From IMG/VR virus record IMGVR_UViG_3300037466_001997, positions 1-64,000 of that record: a stretch of DNA of 64,000 nt. One strand, given 5' to 3'. The position numbers were made by a program, and so were the translations under genes. The notes beneath the pieces were generated by a model, which ran no database searches, was not told where the DNA came from, and saw only the letters and a list, made by a program, of their open reading frames with translations. Below are positions 1 to 9,023 of the stretch, piece by piece (position 1 is the first letter of the stretch; every line of letters begins with the position of its first letter). The DNA comes from a virus. Lineage: Duplodnaviria > Heunggongvirae > Uroviricota > Caudoviricetes.

Positions 1-387
1 GACGCCGGGGCGATCTTCAAACGCCATGAATACCGGACCGAACATAGCTTCGATTTCATCAAGCATTTCCGACTTGACTTCCCAGTCAGGACGATTGTCT
101 TTCGACTTGCGCATGAACATAGGATCAGAACGAAGTCCCTGCTTGCTAAGCCAATTTGCCGTTAGTTCCCGTTCATCCTCGGAACGGGCCGTCATCTTGA
201 CCATCAAAGCATCAGGCATGGCGTCCAATGCGTGATAGATGTACTTGGTCTGCGCAATCGGTTCGTCATGCTGCGAAGCCTTGATGAAGGCTGGCCAGTT
301 CTTGGGCTTTTCTTTGATCATGTGTAACCGCCAAGCGGTATCGGATAGCGTACCGTCGATATCCCAAACGATAATTTTCTTTTCCAA
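1..387 (-). CDS. HAD-superfamily phosphatase/nucleotidase, 3' end cut by window edge
   Basis: Minus-strand translation gives LEKKIIVWDIDGTL (HAD motif I DxDGT). TTG start about 387 follows an AGAGGAAA RBS. No stop inside window. Confidence 0.5.
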   Translation of the reverse strand, partial: MEKKIIVWDIDGTLSDTAWRLHMIKEKPKNWPAFIKASQHDEPIAQTKYIYHALDAMPDALMVKMTARSEDERELTANWLSKQGLRSDPMFMRKSKDNRPDWEVKSEMLDEIEAMFGPVFMAFEDRPGV

Positions 388-397
388 AAATTTCCTC

Positions 398-424
398 TAA
401 AAAATTTGGGGACCGGAGTCCCCG
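398..424 (-). terminator. rho-independent terminator for the 425..1051 gene
   Basis: Hairpin GGGGACCGGAGTCCCC followed on minus strand by AAATTTTTT. Confidence 0.5.
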
Positions 425-1051
425 TTAGTCAACGATTTCGTAGTGCTTATCGAGCGTGTAGTTCTTCAAGTTCAACTGGACATGGCCGATGCCATGTGCC
501 CAGAAGACATTGTGCTTCTTGCGACCACGGCTTTCCCAGTCAACCTTGGTGAAGGTATCGGCCTTGCCGTGCTTGCCAAAGCCCAAAGCTTCCTTGAACT
601 TGATCTTGGTCCCGGCGACGATCTTCGGTCCCTTGGTCTTCGCCTTGTCAAGCAGGCAGTTTTCCCGCCACTTCTTGGCATTTTCAGCCGCCTGTCCACC
701 ACCAACAACCGGCGAGAGCATGGCGATCAGCTTGGCAGGCGCATCGAAGTAGTACGGCAGAGCCGACTCATCCATGTCCTTCCACATGAATTCACCCTTG
801 CTGGTCTTGGTGAGAATGACCGTACCAAACGTAACAGCGCCGTCAGCGTCCGGCTGAAAAACATCAGCCATGGGCTTGGCATTCTTGTACTTCTGTTTGA
901 CGGCGGCATAGACCGTGGTTCCACGCTTGGTCGCATAGACCACTTCGGACTTGACATTCTCGTTTTCGAATTCCCAGTCCTTCAAGACATAAGCCTTGGG
1001 ATCAGCAGGCTTGTGGTAAATTCCAGTCCAACCCATCAACGTGTTCTCCAA
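425..1051 (-). CDS. hypothetical protein; ATG at 1036 with GGAGAA RBS is the likelier start than the TTG at 1051
   Basis: 208-aa ORF with protein-like composition. Conserved promoter immediately upstream. Confidence 0.6.
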   Translation of the reverse strand: MENTLMGWTGIYHKPADPKAYVLKDWEFENENVKSEVVYATKRGTTVYAAVKQKYKNAKPMADVFQPDADGAVTFGTVILTKTSKGEFMWKDMDESALPYYFDAPAKLIAMLSPVVGGGQAAENAKKWRENCLLDKAKTKGPKIVAGTKIKFKEALGFGKHGKADTFTKVDWESRGRKKHNVFWAHGIGHVQLNLKNYTLDKHYEIVD

Positions 1052-1062
1052 TTTCTGATTTC

Positions 1063-1091
1063 TATATAATCAGAATATTCGAGAATGTCAA
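1063..1091 (-). promoter_or_regulatory. sigma70-like promoter, TTGACA-17-TATATA
   Basis: Minus strand reads TTGACATTCTCGAATATTCTGATTATATA. Member of the recurring cassette. Confidence 0.5.
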
Positions 1092-1290
1092 CCTTCTATC
1101 AGAACATAATCCCTATCTTTTTCGAAGGTAATGTAATGTACCGACTTGGAATAGTCCCGAACAACCATGAAACCAGTAGGTAGCATGGCGGTCGCTATCG
1201 CCATGCGGATTCGCTTGAACATATTCATTAGGTTCCTATTTCTCCGAACTCGACCAATACTAGAGCATTATCCAGTGATTGTCAACCACT

Positions 1291-2082
1291 TCAATTGACA
1301 GCACAATGAAAATTTCCGGCATCCGTCTTGCACACGTCCGGAAGGTTATCAACAAGCCATTTATCGATCAATGCGTGGTCAACAAGCTGACTTGTTCCAT
1401 CATAGAACAAAATCTTTTTGCCGCCGATGACGGCGGTATTCAGGGTCATCACGACAGGCCGCTTGTCGATATATCCAACGGTTTCCATCAGCCCGACATT
1501 GTTCGATTCCCAACTGATTTGGCGACCTTCCTTGCTGTAATGCCACTTTTCCCAGAGCATAAAGCGCTCATTGCTGGTCGCCTCGACCATATATTCCACA
1601 TCTTTCAGGAAAGCGACCATCTGTTCATCGGTTCGCTTCAAAGACGGTTCCTGCTTGGGCGGCTTTCTGTTTTTGGAAGGCCCTTTGCGATATTTGGCAT
1701 CGATCTTGCCGAAATATACCAAGCACCGATGGAATTCACCATCTTTGTATATGTCAACATTGTCGTCCAGATAGAAAGCGTTGATGTCGGGTTCATCCTC
1801 CGGAAGCCACGCCAGAACTTCGGCCACAGAAGGCTTGAACAATCCATAATAGGCGCACGGAAAATCGACGTGGAACACCCGGATATGTTCAAATTTGGCT
1901 TCGGGAATAGGGGCACCATAAAAACTTGGTTCCCAGAGCATCGATTGTTTTCGAGGATGTACCGGATCGAACTTCCGCAATTGACCATTCTTCATGATCA
2001 GCGGTGTGATCTTCGGAATCAGGCTCATTAGCCGATCTTCGGAAATTTTTGTGGCAGTTCCCTTGCCTTCAATCCAGTTCAT
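1291..2082 (-). CDS. hypothetical protein
   Basis: 263-aa ORF with AGAGG-type RBS. No recognisable motifs. Confidence 0.55.
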   Translation of the reverse strand: MNWIEGKGTATKISEDRLMSLIPKITPLIMKNGQLRKFDPVHPRKQSMLWEPSFYGAPIPEAKFEHIRVFHVDFPCAYYGLFKPSVAEVLAWLPEDEPDINAFYLDDNVDIYKDGEFHRCLVYFGKIDAKYRKGPSKNRKPPKQEPSLKRTDEQMVAFLKDVEYMVEATSNERFMLWEKWHYSKEGRQISWESNNVGLMETVGYIDKRPVVMTLNTAVIGGKKILFYDGTSQLVDHALIDKWLVDNLPDVCKTDAGNFHCAVN

Positions 2083-2146
2083 GCGAACCTCTATGCGATT
2101 CTAACAAAATGGGGAGACAGTCAACCTATCTCCCCTGTGCCGGGTT

Positions 2147-2320
2147 GTGTTTCAGGCTAGCCTGTTACATCAGCTAATCAAAACCATTTACAAACATGGG
2201 GCAAACGCCTTTCACCGTGCGGTATTCGACCGCTTCAAATCAAAAATCTCTTGCGTCGGGTTTTCGGAACGTTTCAGGCAGTGCCTGTTACGTCAGCTAA
2301 GTGAAACCATTTACGAACAT
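2147..2320. repeat. two ~50-bp imperfect direct repeats (2147-2196 and 2270-2320), each with a CAGGC..GCCTG palindrome
   Basis: gtttcaggctagcctgttacatcagctaatcaaaaccatttacaaacat versus gtttcaggcagtgcctgttacgtcagctaagtgaaaccatttacgaacat. Confidence 0.6.
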
Positions 2321-2428
2321 TTCCGTACCTCTTTAGAAGAATTTTTAGGTCAATTTTTCTTTAAGGCGCTAAACTCGACGGGAATGATCTTCGCTACATG
2401 GCCGTTCTCTCTTAACTCGCTGTTGTGG

Positions 2429-2529
2429 AAGGGTGACTAAAAGGTTTCAAACACTTCTTTCCCAAGGTGCCCACCGGCAAATGGATTTGGTTGCCGCCAA
2501 ACTTGAAACCTTTTAGTCACCCTTCCCTT
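2429..2529. repeat. perfect 24-bp inverted repeat ggaagggtgactaaaaggtttcaa around a 53-nt loop
   Basis: 2429-2452 is the exact reverse complement of 2506-2529. Confidence 0.7.
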
Positions 2530-2660
2530 TCCTAGTCAAAGACAGGCGATAATTGGCGGTCATAGCCGACTGGCTGTTCACCATTATTCGCTGCTCGCAC
2601 CGGTCGTCACCGTCTGGCTGTTCAGTGCTTCGCTCTTTCTGTCTCCTTCCTACATTTACG

Positions 2661-2688
2661 AATATATACACATTCTAGAGGATGTCAA
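2661..2688 (-). promoter_or_regulatory. sigma70-like promoter cassette copy firing leftward into the 2100-2650 noncoding region
   Basis: tacatttacgaatatatacacattctagaggatgtcaa; minus strand TTGACA-16-TATATT. Confidence 0.5.
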
Positions 2689-2698
2689 CAGCCTTTTT

Positions 2699-3247
2699 TC
2701 AAAAAGATACGATTTCTTCGATAATGCTCCAAATTTCTTCATCAGACATTTTTTTGGAAAACGGGCATACCGATGGCGCTTCCTTGTGTTTGATGACATG
2801 GGCGAATTCCTTGACGATTTCACCACGGGTTAGCAGCGTGATCGTTGGAACCGGATATCTGATTTTGTGGAACATGTAGTGAGGGAGTGCATAGGAATCG
2901 CCAGCCGAGCATGAGAAGCTACAAACTTTGTATGGCTCGACTTCATGAAGGTATTGCGGCGGTTTGCCAGCGTCTTCCTTTTTACAGGAAACCTCCACCA
3001 GTTCATAATCGGCAAAAAACAGACGCTGGTAATCGTAAATTTCGTTTTCCAAACGACCTTTGATGATTTTTGAGACAAAATCATATCTGTGATCGTGGAT
3101 TTCGTCTTCATCCAAAATTGGCATAATTTCCGGATGATAGAAATGAAGTCTTGTTTCGGGAGTTATTTTCAACTGGATAAAACCAAGACCAAAATAGTAT
3201 GGTGTTCCCAGTGTTTTCAGAGTGTTGATATCGAGATAATCTGTCAT
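2699..3247 (-). CDS. hypothetical protein with His/Asp cluster (HFYHPE...HDHRYD), possible metal-dependent enzyme
   Basis: 182-aa ORF; no confident family. Confidence 0.5.
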   Translation of the reverse strand: MTDYLDINTLKTLGTPYYFGLGFIQLKITPETRLHFYHPEIMPILDEDEIHDHRYDFVSKIIKGRLENEIYDYQRLFFADYELVEVSCKKEDAGKPPQYLHEVEPYKVCSFSCSAGDSYALPHYMFHKIRYPVPTITLLTRGEIVKEFAHVIKHKEAPSVCPFSKKMSDEEIWSIIEEIVSF

Positions 3248-3370
3248 TAGTTTATCAAAAATGCTAAGAGAATTAACCAGCCATATCCGCTAACTTGTGG
3301 AGCTAATATTCCCCAAACTGTAGCACAAACAACAAGTATTATAGTAAGTATTAATCTGTCTTCTTTTTCC
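3248..3370 (-). CDS. small hydrophobic membrane peptide, 40 aa (MEKEDRLILTIILVVCATVWGILAPQVSGYGWLILLAFLIN)
   Basis: AGGAAA RBS, single predicted TM. Below track size cutoff. Confidence 0.3.
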
Positions 3371-3387
3371 ATTTATTTCCTTAAAAG

Positions 3388-3420
3388 TTAATGTGGCGAG
3401 ATTTCTCCCGCCACATTTTT
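3388..3420. terminator. hairpin terminator AATGTGGCGAGATTTCTCCCGCCACATT plus TTTTT; first copy of a duplicated terminator
   Basis: Perfect stem with T-run. 22-nt core is identical to the hairpin at 43925-43950. Confidence 0.5.
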
Positions 3421-4063
3421 AGTTGTTCACTACCAACTTTAAATCCGGAACATTTGAGTTTGCTGCCGGATTCTTCGGTTTCTGTATGATCAGTTTATCC
3501 TCTGTAAAGTGAGGTAGAAACTGAACCCATGACTCGTCGTCAATGATCATTGGATGCCGTGAACGGATATCCAACATCTGGTAGAACGTTGGTTCGAAAA
3601 TTTTCTTCTTCGGCTTCCAACGACCGACCGGCAACGAGTCCTTCTTGATGGCGTTACAATCCGCACAAGAAGCCACGATGTTTTCCCATTTCGTTGCACC
3701 ACCCTTAGAGATTGGTACAACATGGTCCCTTGTGACGCTGTTTGGCTGATGTTCCTTGGTAGTCAAAGGCATATCACACCAGAAGCACATACCGCCTTCA
3801 CGGTAGTACAGGGTATCGTCGGTCAGTTTGACCTTATCCATGAACTTTTTGCCATTTCCTCTACGGATGGCAACCACAGAAGGCCAGTAAAGATCGGTTC
3901 TTGATGGTGTTAAGATTGGTCGATCATAACAACTGACAATGTTGTATTTGCCAAGAAAATAGCCATGGATAGCCTTTGTCGCATTGACACAGGACAGCGG
4001 GAATACCGATTCCGGCATATAGTTCTTGTTCAATACCAGTGTACGCAACTCAATCTGTGACAC
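3419..4063 (-). CDS. HNH homing endonuclease
   Basis: RDHVVPISKGGATKWENIVASCADCNAIK is a canonical HNH motif. Confidence 0.75.
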   Translation of the reverse strand: MSQIELRTLVLNKNYMPESVFPLSCVNATKAIHGYFLGKYNIVSCYDRPILTPSRTDLYWPSVVAIRRGNGKKFMDKVKLTDDTLYYREGGMCFWCDMPLTTKEHQPNSVTRDHVVPISKGGATKWENIVASCADCNAIKKDSLPVGRWKPKKKIFEPTFYQMLDIRSRHPMIIDDESWVQFLPHFTEDKLIIQKPKNPAANSNVPDLKLVVNN

Positions 4064-4380
4064 GACTTCAATCCTTCCTTTTGTGTCAATACCCCTACCA
4101 TAATAAAGAAACTAATAGAATCAGTCAAGTAGCAAATTGTTACAATTTGTGAATTGACACTACCAGCCGGAACATGTTAGGGTCGTCTTTATATCCCATA
4201 GTGATTCATAGAGTCTTTTAAGGACTCATGGTTCTTCGCTCATTTCATTCGCTTCGAATGATCTTCGATCAAACTTAGTTATTTTACTCTATAGAGTCTC
4301 TGTAACCAGTTTGGTTTTTGGTGATAAGTCCGTTTTCTTATAAATACGATGATATCCCACACCGTATTTAGAAAGCTAAA

Positions 4381-6219
4381 ATGGCCTCTTTCCGAAAATT
4401 TCTTACAGAAGCTTCATTCAAAGAAACCGATATGCCGGAAATCATCAAGAAGGTTTCCAGTATCGTATCCAAACGCCTTGGTCAAGAACTTTTTCCATGG
4501 AATAAGAACGGTTTACAAGAGCTACAGGCTGACGGCAAAACCTACAAGTGCTACCTGTTTTTCCTGAAATCCACCAAGGCTGTCCGCTTCAACACCATCA
4601 ACGGAACCTTCGATTCTATAGAAGTTTGGAAGAAATATCGAATCAGCCCATCGAACCTTCTACCAAAATCAGATTTCACCATCCGCCTCGATGGAATGAA
4701 TATCATGAAAGTTATAGATTCTGTCGTGGACCTTATTGACAAACCACAGGAGGGAACCCATAAAGTACCTGTGAATGAAGAACTTTTGATGGAGTCAAGA
4801 GCGGCGGACGAAGCGGCAAGAATGGGTTTAGACAATCTTGGTTACGGTCGCTATGGTCGCCGTGGTCCAGATGGTGAAGAACACGTAACCCATAAGGTCG
4901 ATAAGGTTCATGACCGCCTAGTGGAATTTGAGCCTGTGTCACAGATAGAGCGCAAGCGTCATATTAAAGACCCTCATGAATGGCACCGCATGGCCATTCA
5001 GACCTTTGGCGATCATAAAAATCTTGCTCGCCTGTCATGGTCTGATGTGGAAGTGATCGCTGCCAAGCATGGTGTGTCGATTCCGGGTTGGGTTCGTGCT
5101 TCTGGCACGGGCAAGGGCAAGAACAAAACGTTCACGTCCATCCCTTCGGCACACTTGAAGCCAGCGCAATCGGTGAATGATGCTGCCAAGGCCAAGGGAA
5201 CCGATTATTTCATCAAGGTTTCTCCCCGTGATCCTGTGACCAACAAATTTTCGTCGGTCAAGGATGACGAAGAAGGCTTGCGCATCCTCGCCACGATGAA
5301 AGCGCATCTGGAATCGCCATCACGTGATGTGATGGAAGACGAAATGCTTGATCCGAATACCAAGTTCGGACGCATGTCGGACCTTATCAATCTGGTGGTG
5401 AAGGGCGTTTCGCCTTCGCTGTTCATTTATGGCGGTCCCGGCATCGGTAAGTCGTTCGTCACCAACAAGACGTTGAAAGACGCCGGGTTGAAAAAGAACA
5501 AAGATTATTACGTCATCAAGGGTAAGATCACCCCGATTGCGCTGTACAATACGCTGTACACGCACCGTAACGATAATACCATGCTGGTATTCGATGATGC
5601 TGACTCCGTGTTCAGAAATGAAGATGGTGCCAACATGTTGAAAGCCGCTCTGGACTCGTATGAAGAACGTGAAATTTCGTGGTCTTCACGTAACACTGTC
5701 AATGTGGACAAGTGGACCATGGAAAAGCGTGAAAAGTACGAAAACCAGATCGATACCCGCTTGGCTTCGATTGGTGATGATGTGCCAGACGAAGAAGAAG
5801 ACGATGATGTCAAGGATGACGATTCAGACGAAGATTCTGGCGGCAAGAGAAAGAAAAAGAATAAGGAAAAAGAGCTACCTACCAAGTTGCCGGGCAAGTT
5901 CCTGTTCAATGGTAAGGTCATCTTTATTTCCAACCTTGCCAGAGAAGATGTTGAAGACGCTATTCTAGATCGTTCATATAAGATAAATATGGACTTGACG
6001 GCGCAACAGCGCTTCAAGCGCATGGAATCGCTTCTTGATGACATCGTTCCGGAAGTTCAGGATAAGGAATTGAAGGTTCGTGTTCTGAATGCGATCAAGG
6101 CCCACTTCAAGGCTGGCACGTTCGGTAACTCACTGCCTTCGATGCGTATGTTCGAATCGGGTATCAAGATTGCCAACTCTGGTATGCCTAATTGGACCGA
6201 GCTTCTTGAGTACGTCTAA
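4381..6219 (+). CDS. AAA+ ATPase with large N-terminal domain of unknown function and acidic/lysine-rich insert
   Basis: Walker A GGPGIGKSF, Walker B VFDDADSV, AILDRSYKI sensor-like. Only long plus-strand gene in this region. Confidence 0.7.
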   Translation: MASFRKFLTEASFKETDMPEIIKKVSSIVSKRLGQELFPWNKNGLQELQADGKTYKCYLFFLKSTKAVRFNTINGTFDSIEVWKKYRISPSNLLPKSDFTIRLDGMNIMKVIDSVVDLIDKPQEGTHKVPVNEELLMESRAADEAARMGLDNLGYGRYGRRGPDGEEHVTHKVDKVHDRLVEFEPVSQIERKRHIKDPHEWHRMAIQTFGDHKNLARLSWSDVEVIAAKHGVSIPGWVRASGTGKGKNKTFTSIPSAHLKPAQSVNDAAKAKGTDYFIKVSPRDPVTNKFSSVKDDEEGLRILATMKAHLESPSRDVMEDEMLDPNTKFGRMSDLINLVVKGVSPSLFIYGGPGIGKSFVTNKTLKDAGLKKNKDYYVIKGKITPIALYNTLYTHRNDNTMLVFDDADSVFRNEDGANMLKAALDSYEEREISWSSRNTVNVDKWTMEKREKYENQIDTRLASIGDDVPDEEEDDDVKDDDSDEDSGGKRKKKNKEKELPTKLPGKFLFNGKVIFISNLAREDVEDAILDRSYKINMDLTAQQRFKRMESLLDDIVPEVQDKELKVRVLNAIKAHFKAGTFGNSLPSMRMFESGIKIANSGMPNWTELLEYV

Positions 6220-6229
6220 AGGGACCAGA

Positions 6230-6263
6230 AAAGGGCCGGGAAATTTCCCGGCCCAATTTTTTC
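6230..6263. terminator. bidirectional rho-independent terminator
   Basis: GGGCCGGGAAATTTCCCGGCCC followed by TTTTTT, with A-run on the other side. Confidence 0.65.
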
Positions 6264-6276
6264 AAGAGTAAAAAAT

Positions 6277-6522
6277 TTACGGCTTCTTTTTCTCTGCCTC
6301 TCGAATGACCGCTTTGGCATATCCCAGACAGCCGCCGATATAGAAGGCACCATCGGGGTCTTTCTTTATCCACAAGCGCATGGCGGTATCCATCACGGCA
6401 CCATAACCAAGCCGTTCGCACATTTCCCTGATTTCTGCATCACGGGAATCGTTGACTCGCCGTGTGCGAAGTTCAGCTTCCGCCACGGCGATTCGGATGT
6501 GTTCAAGCGGTGTGTCTGTCAT
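6277..6522 (-). CDS. hypothetical protein (track ORF 6277..6561; internal ATG with AAAGGA RBS preferred)
   Basis: Protein-like composition, coupled to upstream gene. Confidence 0.45.
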   Translation of the reverse strand: MTDTPLEHIRIAVAEAELRTRRVNDSRDAEIREMCERLGYGAVMDTAMRLWIKKDPDGAFYIGGCLGYAKAVIREAEKKKP

Positions 6523-6523
6523 G

Positions 6524-6736
6524 CTATGTCCTTTGCCTTCGGTAATATGCCAGAATTTCATCCCGATTGATGTTCAGAAATTCCATAAATCCATCCAGCC
6601 CAAGACCGCCCGGCCTGCCGTTCATATATCGTTTGTAAGCAGCTTTAAGGTCCAAAACTACTTGATGTTCGTTTGCTTCCTCGGAAGTAACAAACACTTC
6701 GCCATCATCGGTCTGGAAAACAGTCTTAACCGGCAT
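6524..6736 (-). CDS. hypothetical protein, about 71 aa (C-terminal part of track ORF 6524..6928, starting MPVKTVFQTDDGEVFV)
   Basis: Start abuts the stop of the 6738..6938 ORF. Confidence 0.4.
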   Translation of the reverse strand: MPVKTVFQTDDGEVFVTSEEANEHQVVLDLKAAYKRYMNGRPGGLGLDGFMEFLNINRDEILAYYRRQRT

Positions 6737-6737
6737 T

Positions 6738-6938
6738 TTAGTTACTTTTCGAACACTTTGGGCAATATGCCTTCGTTTTGTCTCTGTTAAATTTCCAGCC
6801 ACGCTCACGGGCTTGCTTGATGCAATCGCCTTCCGTGTGACCGGTAAACTGCGAAACTTTTGTATAACCAGCCGCATCGGACTTTTCACAAGGTCCGTCG
6901 CAATACAAATCCAACGTATAACAACCAACGACAGCCAT
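6738..6938 (-). CDS. small Cys-rich putative zinc-ribbon protein
   Basis: CDGPC...C...CPKC cysteine pattern, 66 aa. Confidence 0.45.
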   Translation of the reverse strand: MAVVGCYTLDLYCDGPCEKSDAAGYTKVSQFTGHTEGDCIKQARERGWKFNRDKTKAYCPKCSKSN

Positions 6939-6940
6939 GT

Positions 6941-7159
6941 TTATCCCTTCGCCATTTCGTCATGAATTTCCTGATTGATCTTCTGGATTTCTTTGAAAGC
7001 CTCCAAAGCCAATCCTTGAAGATTGTCGGGATGGACATTTGTGGTCATGGCGATGGCTTTCAGGTATTTTTCAGCCACAGTCAGCTTGCGTTCGATTTCG
7101 TCGCCTCTATGGCAGACCGGGCAAACTTCGCCGTTATGAATGTCGTCACCGTACTTCAT
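6941..7159 (-). CDS. small CxxC protein (CPVCHRGDE), hypothetical
   Basis: 72-aa ORF. Confidence 0.5.
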   Translation of the reverse strand: MKYGDDIHNGEVCPVCHRGDEIERKLTVAEKYLKAIAMTTNVHPDNLQGLALEAFKEIQKINQEIHDEMAKG

Positions 7160-7320
7160 TCTTCTGTCCTTTAATTATCTCATTGATCTTGTCACGGTTT
7201 TCCAGAAACCAGATGCAAGCATCAAGATTGTTTTTCACAAAATCCGTGTCACTCTCGGAATACATAAACCCATAGGTTGAGTGATCGTAAAGTCGCCGCT
7301 TCTTAACCTTTGGGATTCGC
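7146..7320 (-). CDS. hypothetical 57-aa protein (MRIPKVKKRRLYDHSTYGF...)
   Basis: Found by manual translation. Below track size cutoff. Confidence 0.3.
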
Positions 7321-7488
7321 ATCTTCCCTCCGTTTCAAACCTTTTTCCGCCAACTTGAACCCACCTTCGATTTCTTTCAGGCGATTCGTTGACAAGGCAG
7401 AGTAGGTTTCCCACAGTTTCAGCCACTTCCATGGCTCTGGGTCGCTGTATTCCATCAAGCGATGGATTATGGCGTTTCTATCTACCAT
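7303..7488 (-). CDS. hypothetical protein, 61 aa
   Basis: Sits directly downstream of promoter 7495-7522. Confidence 0.45.
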   Translation of the reverse strand: MVDRNAIIHRLMEYSDPEPWKWLKLWETYSALSTNRLKEIEGGFKLAEKGLKRREDANPKG

Positions 7489-7494
7489 AACCCC

Positions 7495-7522
7495 AATATA
7501 ACGAAAATGTAGAGAATGTCAA
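7495..7522 (-). promoter_or_regulatory. sigma70-like promoter TTGACA-16-TATATT
   Basis: aatataacgaaaatgtagagaatgtcaa. Confidence 0.55.
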
Positions 7523-7523
7523 G

Positions 7524-7895
7524 TCACCATGCACCGTTAAGAAAAATTTCCCACGATGCAACTTGATTGTTCAGAAAATTATTGAAATCCACTTCGACCA
7601 TCCGGTTGCGTCTAATAATTTCGTTGGCTTCGCCAACGTTATCGCAAACTAGTCTAATGGACTTAGCCAGAATGTAGCCTTCGTCCTCTTTCTTTTCGTT
7701 ATAGATGATGTGAACTTTTTCATCATCTTTCCAAATTGTCTTCAAGCTTGCCAGAAACACTCGGCTATGTGCCAAACTTGTAATCAGGCGGGGCTTTACA
7801 TAGGTTGGAAAAATAAAGGGACCATCCTGAAAACATATCTTTCCGATATGATCTTCTGTCAGGCGCTCGACTGGCTTTTTGAATACTTGTACCAT
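7524..7895 (-). CDS. hypothetical protein
   Basis: 123-aa ORF. Confidence 0.55.
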   Translation of the reverse strand: MVQVFKKPVERLTEDHIGKICFQDGPFIFPTYVKPRLITSLAHSRVFLASLKTIWKDDEKVHIIYNEKKEDEGYILAKSIRLVCDNVGEANEIIRRNRMVEVDFNNFLNNQVASWEIFLNGAW

Positions 7896-7901
7896 GATGC
7901 T

Positions 7902-7930
7902 AACATAATGAAAAATGTATAGTTTGTCAA
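7902..7930 (-). promoter_or_regulatory. promoter-like TTGACA-17-TATGTT
   Basis: aacataatgaaaaatgtatagtttgtcaa. Confidence 0.4.
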
Positions 7931-7957
7931 GCCCTTTGAGTTATGGGTGGTTAATCG

Positions 7958-8398
7958 TCACCTGATACAATTTTTCAAGGATTCGAACCACTGAGACACG
8001 GCGGCATCACACTGCTTGGCTACCTTGTCTGGTTTTGTGTTTCCATATCGCCATTCTCTGGCTTCCGTGTGCCGCCACAGCGCAAGCGACCTATCATAGG
8101 CCACAGCTTTGGACCAGTGAATGAAGAACACAGGTGACCAGTGATAGGTTGCGGCTTTGTCCAGATTGTAGATATATTCTGGAAATATACCATCGGGACT
8201 ATTGCCGAAAAATTCTATCCAATTGAACAAAGCACCATCTGCCCGAACAAAAGTCCAAAGCTTCTGCTGTTCATTGAAGACCGGCTTCCACCATGGAAAC
8301 GTCTTGGTTTCCAGAAGTTTCCGTTCTTTCTCGGAACTGAAATGATAGAACAATTGTTCTTCATCAAAGGCGTATCTGGGGCGATCATATAATTTCAT
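7958..8398 (-). CDS. hypothetical protein
   Basis: 146-aa ORF. Confidence 0.55.
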   Translation of the reverse strand: MKLYDRPRYAFDEEQLFYHFSSEKERKLLETKTFPWWKPVFNEQQKLWTFVRADGALFNWIEFFGNSPDGIFPEYIYNLDKAATYHWSPVFFIHWSKAVAYDRSLALWRHTEAREWRYGNTKPDKVAKQCDAAVSQWFESLKNCIR

Positions 8399-8598
8399 GT
8401 CGATGCATACAGGATAGCTCTGGAAACCTGTGCTTCCAATTGCAATTTCAAGGCAAGTTTGAGCTTCACCGACAATGTGTCGGTTCTGTCTATGACCTTA
8501 TCCAGTTCATTGAGATTGCTGCGCATACAAATCAGCAATTCCAAAATCCTGTCATCTTTGGTCATTTCATCAGTGATGTTGGCTACTCTAACACTCAT
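8395..8598 (-). CDS. hypothetical protein, 67 aa
   Basis: Overlaps neighbour by 4 nt (coupled). Confidence 0.45.
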   Translation of the reverse strand: MSVRVANITDEMTKDDRILELLICMRSNLNELDKVIDRTDTLSVKLKLALKLQLEAQVSRAILYAST

Positions 8599-9023
8599 AG
8601 TTTAGTACCCCACCGTTTGTAGTAAGGAATTTTATGATCATTGGCTTTCAGAAACTGAATACCGGCTTCCGTGACTGGACGATATGTGCGTGGTGCGTGA
8701 CCATTGATGGAACTGCCATTTTTGTTGAGGGAGCCATCCCAATCTTTCCATCGAAAAAATTCCAAAAATTTGCCGATGAACTTTTTCGATGGAGTCCTTT
8801 GCCTTATTGGACCCAAATGGCCATCCTCTAGAAGGCGCTGAATGTCTGGATCATCCATCGACATACCGCCTTCACAATGGAAATAAACACCACCAGACAA
8901 AGGCTTAATGCGAGCAAGAGCCTCAATAGTTACATATTGTTCTACATAATGCGAATAACATCCCACCGCACCACGTAAAATTTGTATGCGTCTGGCAAGA
9001 GATTTTTGTTTGTCGGCACTCAT
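8595..9023 (-). CDS. hypothetical protein
   Basis: 142-aa ORF. Confidence 0.55.
   Translation of the reverse strand: MSADKQKSLARRIQILRGAVGCYSHYVEQYVTIEALARIKPLSGGVYFHCEGGMSMDDPDIQRLLEDGHLGPIRQRTPSKKFIGKFLEFFRWKDWDGSLNKNGSSINGHAPRTYRPVTEAGIQFLKANDHKIPYYKRWGTKL

Noticed and set aside
443-1069. Plus-strand ORFs overlapping minus-strand genes. Examples: 443..1069, 1279..2031, 9427..9972, 26523..27302, 38025..38954, 61074..61826.
   Set aside because: They lie antisense to better-supported minus-strand genes, have low-complexity or Arg/Cys/His-rich translations typical of shadow ORFs, and lack an RBS or promoter context.
1088-1231. 46-aa minus-strand ORF MNMFKRIRMAIATAMLPTGF... between genes.
   Set aside because: Overlaps the promoter of the neighbouring gene and has only a moderate RBS. 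Kept out of the feature list as too weak.
4084-4130. Additional cassette-like TGTCAA sites at 4084, 15016, 28391 and 52288.
   Set aside because: The -10/-35 spacing is wrong or the -10 is weak. Not called as promoters, except a low-confidence one upstream of the HNH gene.
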